Positions 49,480 to 64,000 of a stretch of DNA of 64,000 bases are shown piece by piece; position 1 is the first letter of the stretch, and the number at the start of each line of letters is the position of its first letter. This stretch comes from Macrostomum lignano (Eukaryota). A program made the position numbers and the translations under genes. Location of the stretch: assembly GCA_002269645.1 (NCBI GenBank), contig NIVC01002522.1:1-64000 (forward strand), in the 5' to 3' direction. The notes below the pieces were generated by a model. The model was not told where the DNA came from. It did not search any database and saw only the letters and a list, made by a program, of their open reading frames with translations.

Positions 49480-49735
49480 CCTGCCTACCTAACTACCTAC
49501 CTACCTACCTACCTACCTACCTACTACCTACCTACATACCTAATTATCTACTACCTACCTACCTACCTACATACCTAATTATCTACTACCTACCTACCTA
49601 CCCACCTACATATCTGCCTACCTGCCTACCTGCCTCCCTACCTGTCTACCTACCTACCTATCTGCCTGCCTACCTACCTACCTACCTACCTACGTGCCTA
49701 CCTACCTCCCTACCTACCTACCTATCTGCCTACCT
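49480..49735. repeat. Degenerate (CTAC)n microsatellite
   Basis: Direct reading. Confidence 0.93.
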
Positions 49736-50004
49736 CAAATAAAGGCAAGGTTTCCGGCCAAGCGGCTCCAACACCTCCCTGTCGGCAAGTGTCACGCGCC
49801 CTGGGCATACATTACCCGGGCTGTGCAACAGATTGCCGCCTCTTGTGAGCGAAGAAGTAAATCAAAATGTGTGGCGTGCCGGGCCATTCATTTTATAAAA
49901 AATAACTTAAGAGACAGGCGTGCGCAGACAGGTGCATTTGGAACTGCATGCAGACTGGCCTCACCTATAGGCTCTTAACAGCTGGAGAGCCATTGGGACT
50001 GTCT

Positions 50005-51817
<1,813 letters not shown>

Positions 51818-52692
51818 TGTCTTACCGACATTACCTTTGATGATGCCCATGATAGAAGGGCTGAAAAGCAATTCATTTTCTTCTCTCTTCAGCATCCTGA
51901 AGCAGTGGAGCGGCAAGGCCATGTTTATTCTTCTCCGCTCGTAAAAGACTTTGCTGGGAAAATAATTCTGCCTGCAGAAGATGATGATGTAACCCCCTGG
52001 CTAGGGGGCAGCCGCAGCATCCTTCGCCGGCCATTCATGACCGGACGGTTTTTGGGGCAAAATGGCCGGCAGCAGCCCAAACACTTCAAGCAGCGACCCG
52101 GCCTGACCTTTGCCGAGCGGATTTGAAGGGAAACTCCGCCAATTTCTCCCGCCGAAACCTTCTCTCCCGCCGAACTGCCGAAGGTCGATGGCGCTCCCCA
52201 TGCAGTCCTCAGCCAGCGCCGAGTTTGAAATGAATTCCATGCAAACCAAAAATCAATGTCACGCGAAGCACAGCAAATTCTTAGAATAGCGACTTAACGC
52301 TGACTGGTTTATTGTATGAAGGGCCTTTATTTACACTTTGAGGCTGGGAGCAAAACAGCAGAACTTTTATCGACTGCATTTCATACACAATTTATAAAAA
52401 AGAAACTCAAAAACAGGTTAGCATAGAAGAGCAGGTGGACCTCTGTGAATGTCTGAAAGTTACGCGAGCATTTCGCTTCGAAGCAAATTTTTCTACAGCA
52501 CCGCACAGACCAATTCGTACTGTTTAAAATAACCTAATGCATTACTGACTGGCAACGCCAGAGGAATCCGACACTCTGGAGCGGACGGAGAGGGGTGGGC
52601 TGTCTCGCTGGGGAATCGAAGGTCGGGAACCTTGAGGCTGAGGGTTTCGACTGGGTTTTTAGATGGCACTTAATAATAGAAGGGTGAAGAAC

Positions 52693-53106
52693 GGAGAGCG
52701 GAGAGCGGAGAGTGGAGAGTGGTGAGCGGAGAGTGGAGAGTGGAGAGCGGAGATTAGAGAGCGGAGAGTGGAGAACGGAGATTAGAGAGCGGAGAGTGGA
52801 GAGCGGAGAGTGGAGAGCGGAGAGTGGAGAACAGAGAGTAGAGAGTGGAGAGCGGAGAGCGGAGAACAGAGAGTAGAGAGTGGAGAGTAGAGAGTGGAGA
52901 GTGGAGAGCGGAGAGCGGAGAACAGAGAGTAGAGAGTGGAGAGTAGAGAGTGGAGAGTAGAGAGCGGAGAGTGGAGAGCGGATAGAAGAGAGCGGAGAGT
53001 GGAGCGTAGAGAGCGGAGAGTGGAGAGCGGATAGAAGAGAGCGGAGAGTGGAGCGTAGAGAGCGGAGAGTGGAGAGCGGATAGAAGAGAGCGGAGAGTGG
53101 AGCGTA

Positions 53107-53138
<32 letters not shown>

Positions 53139-53140
53139 CC
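52693..53140. repeat. 7-bp-based repeat (ggagagc/ggagagt) just 3' of the RhoGEF stop
   Basis: Direct reading. Confidence 0.93.
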
Positions 53141-53204
53141 GGAGATGAATGAGTAGAGCAGTGAGAGCAGTTCAGTAACGTCTTTCCACCGGAACCTGTC
53201 ATCC

Positions 53205-56200
53205 TCAATAGCAGTCGGTGGGTCCCAGCTGCCATCCGCTGAGCTCTCCCAGCCTCCTAGTGATGCAGCTGCGCCACAGCTGTTTAGCTTCGCCGCTTGG
53301 CGCCTCCAGCAGAAGCGTGCGGCCGCCAGCGAAGGACAGACAGAGCAGTCGGGGATTCTGGGCAAAGTCGAACTGGGCGGAGCAGCACTCCACCAGCCGG
53401 AGAGGCTGACTGAGAATCGGGCCCGCGGCTGCCGCGTCTTCCCGTCGGTGCGGCGCCAGGATGAGCAGGTCGGGCAGCAGCATGGCGTGGGCGCCGATGG
53501 CGGCGGGCAGCTGGCGGCTGTCGCGACAGTGCCAGACCAGGTGGCCGGACAGAATCTCCTGCTGACGGTGCTGCGGCTGCTGGTGCTGGCGGAGCTGCTG
53601 ACTTGGCTGCTGTTGGCTGAAGTGGGTGGAAAAGCTGATTAGGATTATGAAATTAAAATCGGCCTGGAGCTGGTCCGCTTGGGCCAAAGTTAGTCGGTGG
53701 TCGGTTGGTTGGAGTGGGAAGCGACGCTGCCGCTAGTCAAGCCGACAGCCAAGCAGACATGTCCATTCCGCTGCGTCCTGAGCACATATCGATACAAGCG
53801 CGTCAATACTGTACGCAGGCTCGCACTCACGCACACGCTCACACAGAGTGTACAGCGGTCCTGACTTTCCAATCGTCAGGCATGTGCACTCTCTGTGCTT
53901 TGGGGGGTTACACGGAGGTCGTGGCGCGAGACCGGCATTAAGACTGGCGCCGCCTACCTGGAGTTGGTGCCGCACCACTGGGAGTGGCGCCTGCGCTGCT
54001 GCTGGAGCTCGGCGGCCGACGGGTCAGCCGAAGACACGCCGGAGGATGAAGCTACGAGGCTTCGAGCAGTCGGCGACATCGCTGCGTCCGCCTCCTCCAG
54101 TCCGGAGTCCTTGAACTCTTTATAGTCTTTGTTGCCAGCGTTTACGTAGTCTTTGTAGCGCCCGTCTTCGTCCTCGAAGTTTTCATAGTCGTCTTCGTCG
54201 TCTTCTTCGGCGCCGTGCAGTCCGGGGGTCGACGCTGGCAGCGAGGCGGCGCAGTGCTCGAGGCTCTGGGCGACGTCCTCAGCGAACATGTGGTCGTAGT
54301 GGGCCGGCGGCGTCGCCTCCAGCAGGTCGCGAAATATCGCCGCCAGTCGGCGAAGATGCCGCACCGGCTCCGTCAGGCAGCGGCGCAGCGGCGGCAGCGG
54401 CGTCGCCGAGGCGGCTGATCGGCGCGCCATGCGCAGCGCCGTCCGCGCCTCAGGACAGGCGGCCAGCAGGGCGCGCAGGAGGCGCAGCGCCGTGGCATTC
54501 AAATTGTCGGCATAGTCCCGATACTGGTCGCACAGCTGGTACAGCCGGGCCCGGTAGATCTGGCCGGCGTTGTCCACCAGGCCGCGCAGACTCTGCGACT
54601 GCCTGATGAGGCTCAGCGAAGAGCAGCTGGCCTCAAGCAGGTCCTCCAGGTTGAAGAACATCGCCCGGTGCTCGTCCGGTGTCAGGAACTCGGCCAGTCT
54701 GTCAGCGTAAAACTGTCGGCAGGCGGCCAGCCCCAAAGCGAAGGCCTCCTCGCTGCTGGCCAGGCGGGCCACGGCCGCTTGGCGGGCCGCTTCGTTGGCC
54801 ACTTCGTCGACGCTTGGGCGCGAAGACGGTTGGGGCATCGGCGGCGGCAGTGGCTGCATTTCATTATTGAATCCACGCCGAGACAAGGAGAACGTGCTGA
54901 ATGGTTCCTGTTGCAGTATCTGCTGCTGTTGCGGCTGCTGTTGCTGCTGCTGAGGTTGCGGCTGCCGTGGATTCGCAGCATCTGCAGTAGCTCTGTCAAC
55001 ATCCGCCAGCCAGCGTTGAACTCGAATCTCCAAGCGACCCGGGCTCTGTCTGTTTAATAATAAATCAGATTTACTAGCTCGTAATATGCTGGTTTGTGGG
55101 TTCTTTGAATCAGAGATCCACCCTCACCATCCCTCCTCACTGTCCTCTCCTCACTCTCCTCTCCTCACTCTCCTCTCCTCACTCTCCTCTCCTCACTGTC
55201 CTCTCCTCACTGTCCTCTCCTCACTCTCCTCTCCTCACTTTCCTCTCCTCACTCTCCTCTCCTCACTCTCCTCTCCTCACTCTCCTCTCCTCACTGTCCT
55301 CTCCTCACTGTCCTCTCCTCACTGTCCTCTCCTCACTTTCCTCTCCTCACTCTCCTCTCCTCACTCTCCTCTCCTCACTCTCCTCTCCTCACTCTCCTCT
55401 CCTCACTCTCCTCTCCTCACTGTCCTCTCCTCACTGTCCTCTCCTCACTCTCCTCTCCTCACTTTCCTCTCCTCACTCTCCTCTCCTCACTCTCCTCTCC
55501 TCACTGTCCTCTCCTCACTGTCCTATCCTCACTGTCCTCTCCTCACTCTCCTCTCCTCACTCTCCTCTCCTCACTTTCCTCTCCTCACTCTCCTCTCTTC
55601 ACTCTCCTCTCCTCACTCTCCTCTCCTCACTGTCCTCTCCTCACTGTCCTCTCCTCACTCTCCTCTCCTCACTTTCCTCTCCTCACTCTCCTCTCCTCAC
55701 TCTCCTCTCCTCACTCTCCTCTCCTCAATCTCCTCTCCTCACTCTCCTCTCCTCAATCTCCTCTCCTCACTCTCCTCTCCTCACTGTCCTCTCCTCACTC
55801 TCCTCTCCTCACTCTCCTCTCCTCACTCTCCTCTCCTCACTCTCCTCTCCTCACTCATCTCTCCTCACTCTCCTCTCCTCACTTTCCTCTCCTCACTCTC
55901 CTCTCCTCACTCTCCTCTCCTCACTCTCCTCTCCTCAATCTCCTCTCCTCACTCTCCTCTCCTCAATCTCCTCTCCTCACTCTCCTCTCCTCACTGTCCT
56001 CTCCTCACTCTCCTCTCCTCACTCTCCTCTCCTCACTCTCCTCTCCTCACTCTCCTCTCCTCACTCTCCTCTCCTCACTCTCCTCTCCTCACTCTCCTCT
56101 CCTCACTCTCCTCTCCTCACTCTCCTCTCCTCACTCTCCTAAATGCTAATAAAATACTATGTACTATTCAATAGAAAAAAGGCTGCTGTATGAATGAGCT

Positions 56201-59200
56201 ATACTAGAGCAGCTAAGCATACTGAACACACTGTTGGAGCACTTTGAAAGCATCTCCACTGTCTAACTCCAGGTATTTGTTCTATCAACTGACAATACCT
56301 TTCGCTATCTATTGTTAAGCCTCAGCTACATGTATAGAGCCAATAACTCATACTGCATGCACTGACTAATGCGGTGCCTACAGACAGTCTGCTCAGGTCT
56401 GAGTCACCTCAGCTCCCCTGTCTTTCTTAGTCCACGTCCCTCCCGCAGAGGACAAACGCACCGGGGCAGCTGCTTTTAAAAGAAGAAAGACTAGAAACAG
56501 TTGGACTGAGACTTTCTATCATGGAGGGGGACCCAGCCAGACAAGAAGGCAGCAGGAAACGCTGAGGCAACACAATTCTCTCCTAGAAGCCAGCAATAGC
56601 AGCTGAGGTGTTTATAATATGCACGTGTTTATAATCTCAATACAAAGCCGACTGCTCAAGCAGACCTCGCTGTGACCTGAGCAGATTAACCCCCGAGGTC
56701 GCGCTCAGCCCCCCCCCCGCCCCGCAGACAAAGCACTGGCGGTTGGTAGTTGGGCAATGAAAAAACGCAGCCGAGCCCCCGAACCTAAAGAAGAAAGAAC
56801 ATGAGAAGAGTGAGAAGGGGTAGGGTTGGGCAGAAGCGGAAGCAGTCTTACTCAAGACAGAATCTATTTTTTATCTTCCACGTTGCCAGTTAAGAGAGAA
56901 GGCCGGCCCTGCCTGCCCGCCTCTTCCTGACTTAATTCCGAATGAGAGATAAGAGGCGGCTCCTCAGCCCGCCCTGTAAGAGCTCGAGTGGAATGTTTTC
57001 TATATGACTATATACTCTTCTGTCTCACTGACTCAAGTCAGGGGGGCACATCGGGCCACCAGTGGAATCAGACTGGGGTAGCCCGTTCTGGCATCAAGTC
57101 GAAATGAGCAGATGAGATGAGAGAGAAATTCTGCCGAATTGGCTTCTCAGTTTATTGACTATCTGCTCACCGATCTGCTTCTACTCAGCTCTTTCTACTT
57201 TTATCATCGTTCCTCAGCTACAACGGAAGAAAACTCAGAGTCGGTTTAGCCCCAGGGGTTGGCAAACTTCACATTCACAATGGCAACCATGCCCACTCAA
57301 GGTGTCACTCGCCTCAGCTCTCTTCTCTCCTCTCTCCTCTCTCCCCTCTTCTCTCTTCTCTCCCCTCTTCTCTCTTCTCTCCCCTCTTCTCTCTTCTCTC
57401 CCCTCTTCTCTCTTCTCTCCTCTCTCCCCTCTTCTCTCTTCTCTCCCCTCTTCTCTCTTCTTTCCTCTCTCCCCCTCATCTCTCTTCTCTCCCCTCTTCT
57501 CTCTTCTCTAGTCTCTCCCCTCTTCTCTCTCCTCTCCTCTCCTCTCTCCTCTCTTTCCACTCCCCTCTTCTGTCTTCTCTCTTCTCTCCCCTCTTCTCTT
57601 TTCTCTCTTCTCTCCCCACTTCCCTCTCCTCTCCTCTCTCCCTTCTTCTCTATTCTCTCTCTCCACTCCCCTCTGCTAGCTCTCCTCTCCCTCTTTTTTC
57701 TTCCCTTTTCTCTCTCTCCACTCCCCTCTGCTAGCTCTCCTCTCCCTCTTTTTTCTTCCCTTTTCTCTCTCTCCTCTCCCCTCTCATTTCCTTTATTCTT
57801 CCCTCTCTTCTCTTCTCTCATCTCATCTTTCTTCTATTCCCTCTCCTCTCCTCTCTCGCCTGACCCGCAGCCAAGAGCATGGATTCTCCACCCGGCCCTT
57901 GGGATAAAAAAGTTTGCCTGTCCTCGATTTAGCAGTCGCAACCGCACAACTACAGAGATAAGAAAACATGGATCAAACGGTCCCTCATTCCCAAGGTCAC
58001 GGATGGCTTCAGTCTTTGTTGCGTGTTCCCTTTGTTTCTCCTATCCGAGCTCGTCAAAGCGAAGAGCAATTTTTGAGTACCAAATTTCGCCTCCGGGAAA
58101 AAGAAATTCGACACGCCTCCGTCAGTGACACTTTTCTCCATCGTTTGCAACCCTCAGGCAGTGAGGCTGGGGACTGCGCTTGCTTTGTGCTCTGGCCGGC
58201 AAAGCAAATCAGACATTGAAAACAATTGCAAGGTGTCGGCTCTCTCACGTGCCAGGTAAATTCACAGGGACACTAATGCAGCATCCCCAGTTCCCCCTTC
58301 GACAGCTAGCTCTTTCCCATCTCCCTTCTACCCTTATACCAAGTCTCCCATCTCCCCATTATATAAACATTCACCCAGTCTGCTCATTCCCCAAATCTCC
58401 CATCTCCCCCATTCCCCAAATATCCCATCTCCCCATTCCCCAAATATCCCATCTCCCTATACCCCAAATCCACCAATTCATTATTTAGAATGCAAAACAC
58501 AGTGTTGGAGAACAAAGACTAGCGCTGGAATGCAAGGGACGAGATACTTTAAAATAAATATATGCAAAAAGGGACTTTTTTAAACTAGCACACACACAGC
58601 ATCACTAACCCGCCAGTAGCAGGCCTAACTGGTGAAAGAGGACCCCAATGGGCTTCAATAAAGCTGCAATTCTCAACATTCATGCAGCTTCGCGTTCCCC
58701 GGCAGTCTTTGTCCAAACACAAAGACCCTTGGGGAGAATTCCACAATTTCCACCGCAGCAGTTGGTGGCTGTGCCTCTGCTAAAAACAGTTTTGAAAACA
58801 TCTAGCATTGACAGCAAGAGGAGTAACTAGCACTTGTTGACTGGCAAAGTCAGTTGTAAGTTTTCTTAGCACATTATTCACTCTGATGGAGCGAGAGAGG
58901 AGGCTGAGGATGAAGCGGTCCGGATTCCCGATTGAAGATTTACGATATGTACGAGCGTAGAAATGCATAAACACAGGCTGTGCAGTCTTTCTCCTTCTCT
59001 CCCTCCAGCCCACCTGGATGTTTGAACAGCTGCGCACACTTTTTGCACTGAAACTCTAAGTAAGTCTTCTTCTACTAAAAGAAATTCTCCAGAAAAAATG
59101 CTGCAATTTGTCTCCTCAGTGACCCACTTTCTCTGACTCGTGTAGCTTAAGGGAAGAATGGATTGCTAATCTAGCCAACATCATGAATGCATGAAGGAAT

Positions 59201-61943
59201 AGAATGGATTGCTAATCTAGCCAACATCATGAATGCATGAAGGAATAGAATGGATTGCTAATCTAGCCAACATCATGAATGCATGAAGGAATAGAATGGA
59301 TTGCTAATCTAGCCAACATCATGAATGCATGAAGGAATAGAATGGATTGCTAATCTAGCCAACATCATGAATGCATGAAGGAACAGAATGGATTGCTAAT
59401 CTAGCCAACATCATTTATGAAGGAATAGAATGGATTGCTAATCCAACCAACATCATTGATGAAGGAATAGAATGGATTGCTAATCTAGCCAACATCATTG
59501 GTGAAGAAATAGAATGGATTGCTAATCTAGCCAACATCATTGATGAAGGAATAGAATGGATTGCTAATCTAGCCAACATCATTGATGAAGGAATAGAATG
59601 GATTGCTAATCTAGCCTAAACCCATTGTCAGTCGGCCAGCCGCTCACCTGATGGCCCGCACCACCCGGTCGCAGCAGCAGCTGAGCACCGAGTCACCATT
59701 GATTGACACGACGATGTCGCCGCTGCGAATTCCAGCCAGGCCGGCGGCGGACCCGGCGTCCACTTTGCCGACCCGAGTGGGCTGCGACCCGACCAGGGTG
59801 AAGCCGAAGCCGCCCTGGCAGCTGCGAGCCAGCGAGAACTGGACGCGAGAAGAAGGGTTGCAAGTTGCATTTGGCTCTCTTTGCTTACCGATAAGGTAAG
59901 CCTACTAATATGTACTTCATTTTGTCACGTGATTATACTTTTCTGGTCTCGTGATTTGAATTCGCTAGTCATGCAAGGAATTGCTAGTCACGTGATTTGA
60001 ATTCTCCACATAGTAAAAATTGCCACATATTTGAAGTGTTGCGCCATCTTACAACCAGCGAAGCCTACCATTAACCTCCCTGCCCTCTCCAGTGCCCCCT
60101 CCCGCTCACCGTTCGCTGCTCAGTCCTGCCGCCTGGCCCGGCACCAAACCCGTCCCCGACGGTCACGCCGCAGGCTGGTACAGCGAAAGCCGCCGCTGCC
60201 GCCGCCGGCTCAGCCGAATCCAGAGTCGGAGGGTTCAACGGCGCCTGCCGGTCCAAGTCTGGCGCGCTCAGAACGAATCGCCAGCCCTCGGCCAGGCCGT
60301 AGGGGTCCTCGCCGTTGTCGTCTTCGTCTGGCTGAGGCTGCCGGCGCCGGCGGAGCAGCAGGCAGCCGCTCGTCGCGCTGCGGGGGATTGCGGGTGCCGG
60401 TGCTATACTTTCGGATATCCGTGTCTTGTGTTGTCCGCCCAGATAGTACAAGTGCTTTCTGATCTCCCCCCAGATATTCCAAGCATCTTAAAGTATCCGG
60501 TCCTCCGATCTCATCCGATCTCAAGCTGCTTTACATTCTCCGGGGTGCTTCCAGTCTCCCCCCGGAAGTCACAAGCAGGTTGAAATATACGGCCGAAAAA
60601 CTACTGTTTGCTTTGTGATATCCGGATTGTGATGTCCGGGTCAAAGAACGATAATGTATAAAAAATGATTTTTTGGAACACAAGGACTAAGTGAAAGTGT
60701 TTCAAGGATGTAAAATTACTGAGTTTGGAAAATTTTTAAACGTTTTTAAATACTATATATAATTTGGTAAATGAAATGCCCTGCTTGTTGATGTTGTTGT
60801 TGGTTGTTTGCCCTGGCAAAGTCACATTTGTCTTGCAATCTCCGGCCGGAGACTGCAAGCGCACGGAGATTGCAAAGCCTAACACCGGGAGTTGAGCTCG
60901 GCTGTCCGGCTCGAACTCGCTCTCTGCCGCTCTTCTCTTGTTCTTCCCTTCTCGCCCTCTCAACCACTTCTTCCGCTCTCTTCCCCACCTGTTCTTCTGC
61001 TCTCTTCCCCACCTGTTCTTCCGCTCTCTTCCCCACCTGTTCTTCCGCTCTCTTCCCCACCTGTTCTTCCGCTCTCTTCCCCACCTGTTCTTCCGCTCTC
61101 TTCCCCACCTGTTCTTCCGCTCTCTTCCCCACCTGTTCTTCCGCTCGCTTCCCCACCTGTTCTTCCGCTCTCTTCCCCACCTGTTCTTCCGCTCGCTTCC
61201 CCACCTGTTCTTCTGCTCTCTTCCCCACCTGTTTTTTCGCTCTCTTCCCACCTGTTCTTCCGCTCTCTTGCCCACCTGTTCTTCCGCTCTCTTCCCCACC
61301 TGTTCTTCCGCTCTCTTCCCCACCTGTTCTTCCGCTCGCTTCCCCACCTGTTCTTCCGCTCTCTTCCCCACCTGTTCTTCCGCTCTCTTCCTCCCATTTT
61401 GTTCCGCTCTCTCTCTCTCTCTCTTGTTCCCAATCTCACCATTATCCGCTATATTTTTATTTTTCAATTTGTTTATTACGTAATTCCAAATGATCGTATT
61501 CCATCAAGTTATTCCCTTGACTTACTCCTTGACTGTCTCTTCTTGGCTTTTATCTTACTTCCACGCTCCCGTCCGCCTCTGCGCACTAACCATAAAGTAA
61601 ATCTAACATATCTCGCAGTTTAGCTCTGATTAACCAACTTGACTATTTGCTAATCCGACTTGAACTAGTTCAGACAGGCAAGGGTTTCTATCTGGGTCAC
61701 TATTGTGCGATTAGCCTGCTTGGGTACACACACGCCTTAAGCTGCGAAATTCACTACCGCTAAAATAACGTCCCATTTCTGTTCTAAGATTCTTTTAACT
61801 GCGAAGTTCTTCGTATCTGCTTCTTATACTTTCTGTCTCGAATTTCTAGACCGTTGCCACCGAGCCCGACCGCGAGGATCCCGCATGGATCCCACACGGA
61901 CTCGGGACAGCGCTACAGGGGCATAACGGAGTGTGGGAACACG

Positions 61944-61974
<31 letters not shown>

Positions 61975-63737
61975 GAGCAAACGCAAAAGATTTTGTCCAA
62001 TGCTAAGTCAAGTTGAACCTCGACGCTCTTGCTACATGCGGCACTCTCCGCACACCGACTTGTCACAGCACTTTTTGTTGGCTTACAAGCTTTTTTAGTT
62101 ATCATTTATACTAGCGTTGATGTTAAATGCATCTTTTCATGTACACTTCTCCAGTCTCCTCAGGTTGTTCCCCTGAATCTTCTCAGGTTGTTCCCCTGAA
62201 TCTCCTCAGCTTGTTCCCCTGAATCTCCTCAGCTTGTTCCCCTGAATCTCCTCAGCTTGTTCCCCTGAATCTCCTCAGCTTGTTCCCCTGAATCTCCTCA
62301 GCTTGTTCCCCTGAATCTCCTCAGCTTGTTCCTCTGAATCTCTTCAGGTTGTCCCCTGAATCTTCTCAGGTTGTTCCCCTGAATCTCCTCAGCTTGTTCC
62401 CCTGAATCTCTTCAGGTTGTTCCCCTGAATCTCCTCAGCTTGTTCCCCTGAATCTCTTCAGGTTGTTCCCCTGAATCTTCTCAGATTGTTCCCCTGAATC
62501 TCCTCAGGTTGTTCCCCTGAATCTCCTCAGCTTGTTCCCCTGAATCTCCTCAGCTTGTTCCCCTGAATCTCCTCAGCTTGTTCCTCTGAATCTCTTCAGG
62601 TTGTCCCCTGAATCTTCTCAGGTTGTTCCCCTGAATCTCCTCAGCTTGTTCCCCTGAATCTCTTCAGGTTGTTCCCCTGAATCTCCTCAGCTTGTTCCCC
62701 TGAATCTCTTCAGGTTGTTCCCCTGAATCTCCTCAGCTTGTTCCCCTGAATCTCCTCAGGTTGTTCCCCTGAATCTCCTCAGCTTGTTCCCCTGAATCTC
62801 TTCAGGTTGTTCCCCTGGATCTTCTCAGATTGTTCCCCTGAATCTTCTCAGGTAGTTCCCCTGCATCTTCTCAGATTGTTCCCCTGAATCTTCTCAGGTA
62901 GTTCCCCTGCATCTCCTCAGGTTGTTCTCCTGGATCTTCTCAGATTGTTCCCCTGAATCTTCTCAGGTTGTTACCCTGAATCTCCTCGGGTTGTTCCTTG
63001 AATCTCCTCAGGTTGTTTCCTGAATCTCCTCAGGTTGTTCCTTTGAGTCTCCTCAGATTGTTCCTCTGAATCTCCTCAGGTTGTTCCCCTGAATCTCCTC
63101 AGGTTTTTCCCCTGAATCTCCTCAGGTTGTTCCCCTGAATCTCCTCAGGTTATTCCCCTGAATCTCCTCAGGTTATTCCTTTGAATCTCCTCAGATTGTT
63201 CCCCTGAATCTCCACAGGTTATTCCTTTGAATCTCCTCAGATTGTTCCCCTGAATCTATACAGGTTGTTCCTCTGAATCTCCTCAGGTTATTCATTTGAA
63301 TCTCCTCGGGTTGTTCCCTGAATCTTCTCAGGTTGTTCCCTGAATCTCCTCAGGTTGTTCCCCTGAATTTCCTCAGGTTCCCCTGAATCTCTAATACTCC
63401 GCTTCTCCTTTCTTCCCCTTTTCTCCTTTCCTTTCCGCTCAGTCTCACTCCTGTACTACCCAATCTCATCGTGGTCTCCCCAAATTAAAAAAAGTTGCAA
63501 AACTCACGCATCAGCTGGCAGGTCGCCGCCATGCCGCAGGCCCAGCCGCTGTCGCTGCCGCAGGTGCGGCTCCTCATCCCGCATGCCGGTGAAGGCCAGA
63601 TCAACCGCACGGCCGCACCTGCCGCTGCCGCTGCTGCAGTCGGAGTTCGAGTCGGAGTCTGACTCCTTTCGGAAGCAGCTCAGCGGTCGCAGCAGCTTGC
63701 CCAGTCCTCCACGCTTCTGAGTTGCTGCCGTGTGCAT
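53205..63737 (-). CDS. PsGEF/RGS3-like RhoGEF: degenerate C2 remnant, PDZ, DH, PH; about 730 aa
   Basis: Exons 63737-63508, 60377-60110, 59838-59648, 55049-53958 and 53616-53205 join in phase (2193 nt). PDZ RTFSLARSCQGGFGFTLVGSQPTRVGKVDAGSAAGLAGIRSGDIVVSING..RAIRQSPGRLEIRVQR. DH RLASSEEAF..MFFNLEDLL..LTEPVRHLRRLAAIFRDLLEATPPAHYDH. PH LLPDLLILA..LLLEAPSGEAKQLWRSCI. Confidence 0.85.
55130..56140. repeat. 14-bp CT-rich tandem repeat (tcctctcctcactc), intronic
   Basis: About 70 units. Confidence 0.97.
57252..57926 (+). mobile_element. hAT/Charlie-like MITE with an internal CT-rich tract (copy 2), intronic
   Basis: caggggttggcaaactt ... aagtttgcctgtcctcg imperfect TIRs; flanking gtttagcc/atttagca as a degenerate 8-bp TSD. 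Confidence 0.7.
59153..59615. repeat. Tandem repeat switching from a 46-bp to a 42-bp unit (gaatggattgctaatctagccaacatcat...), intronic
   Basis: Direct reading; ends about 30 nt from the PDZ exon donor. Confidence 0.95.
60965..61390. repeat. 24-bp tandem repeat (ttccgctctcttccccacctgttc), intronic
   Basis: Direct reading. Confidence 0.95.
62152..63390. repeat. 23-bp tandem repeat (ctcctcaggttgttcccctgaat), intronic
   Basis: About 53 units, more degenerate toward the right. Confidence 0.96.
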
Positions 63738-64000
63738 TTGGGCTGCAAGAGTCTTTCAATAGCGTGGGAATGCAGTTAATACATTTTGGCTGCATGTGTC
63801 TTGGCCGCCCTATATTTAAAGCGCAGTTTGCTACTGTGACAGCCCGATTGGCTCCCAGTGCTCTGGGCCAATTCGAGAATTGTCTTTTGTGTTCTATTTT
63901 TAGAATCAACGTCATTTCCCGCCCCAAGCTACTTCTGTTCCGTATGCGATTGTTATAGTAGTCAGCTTTATTTGGCCAAAGAGTACCAGACCAAGTAGTC

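Overview
Eukaryotic (animal) genomic DNA: GC-rich, Ala/Gln-rich spliced exons alternate with AT-rich spacers, and nearly every intron holds its own tandem minisatellite. This style resembles the free-living flatworm Macrostomum (inference only). By hand-splicing at GT-AG sites I can support about nine protein-coding loci: (1) an R9AP/R7BP- or syntaxin-N-like tail-anchored protein (-, 3180-4060); (2) a hidden achaete-scute/HLH-4-like bHLH half-domain (-, 9204-9371, below the ORF-track cut-off); (3) a divergent class A peptide-type GPCR, head-to-head with it (+, 10200-13687); (4) ATAD1/Msp1 (-, 16707-19145); (5) a double-domain METTL24-like methyltransferase (-, 27770-29595); (6) a URB2/Npa2-like protein (+, 35246-36769), followed 217 bp later by (7) esterase D/S-formylglutathione hydrolase (+, 36987-38873), a candidate trans-spliced operon; (8) a three-Ig I-set protein (-, 41438-48614); (9) a PsGEF/RGS3-like C2-remnant-PDZ-DH-PH RhoGEF (-, 53205-63737). 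Also present: about 30 tandem arrays (including two 1.5-1.8 kb GATA arrays), a tRNA-headed CORE-like SINE and several MITE or foldback elements. Most long ORFs in the supplied track are repeat artefacts. Several genes carry single-base frameshifts (assembly error or decaying duplicates). No CRISPR array, rRNA or intact tRNA was seen. All family assignments come from motif recognition by eye, not from database searches.
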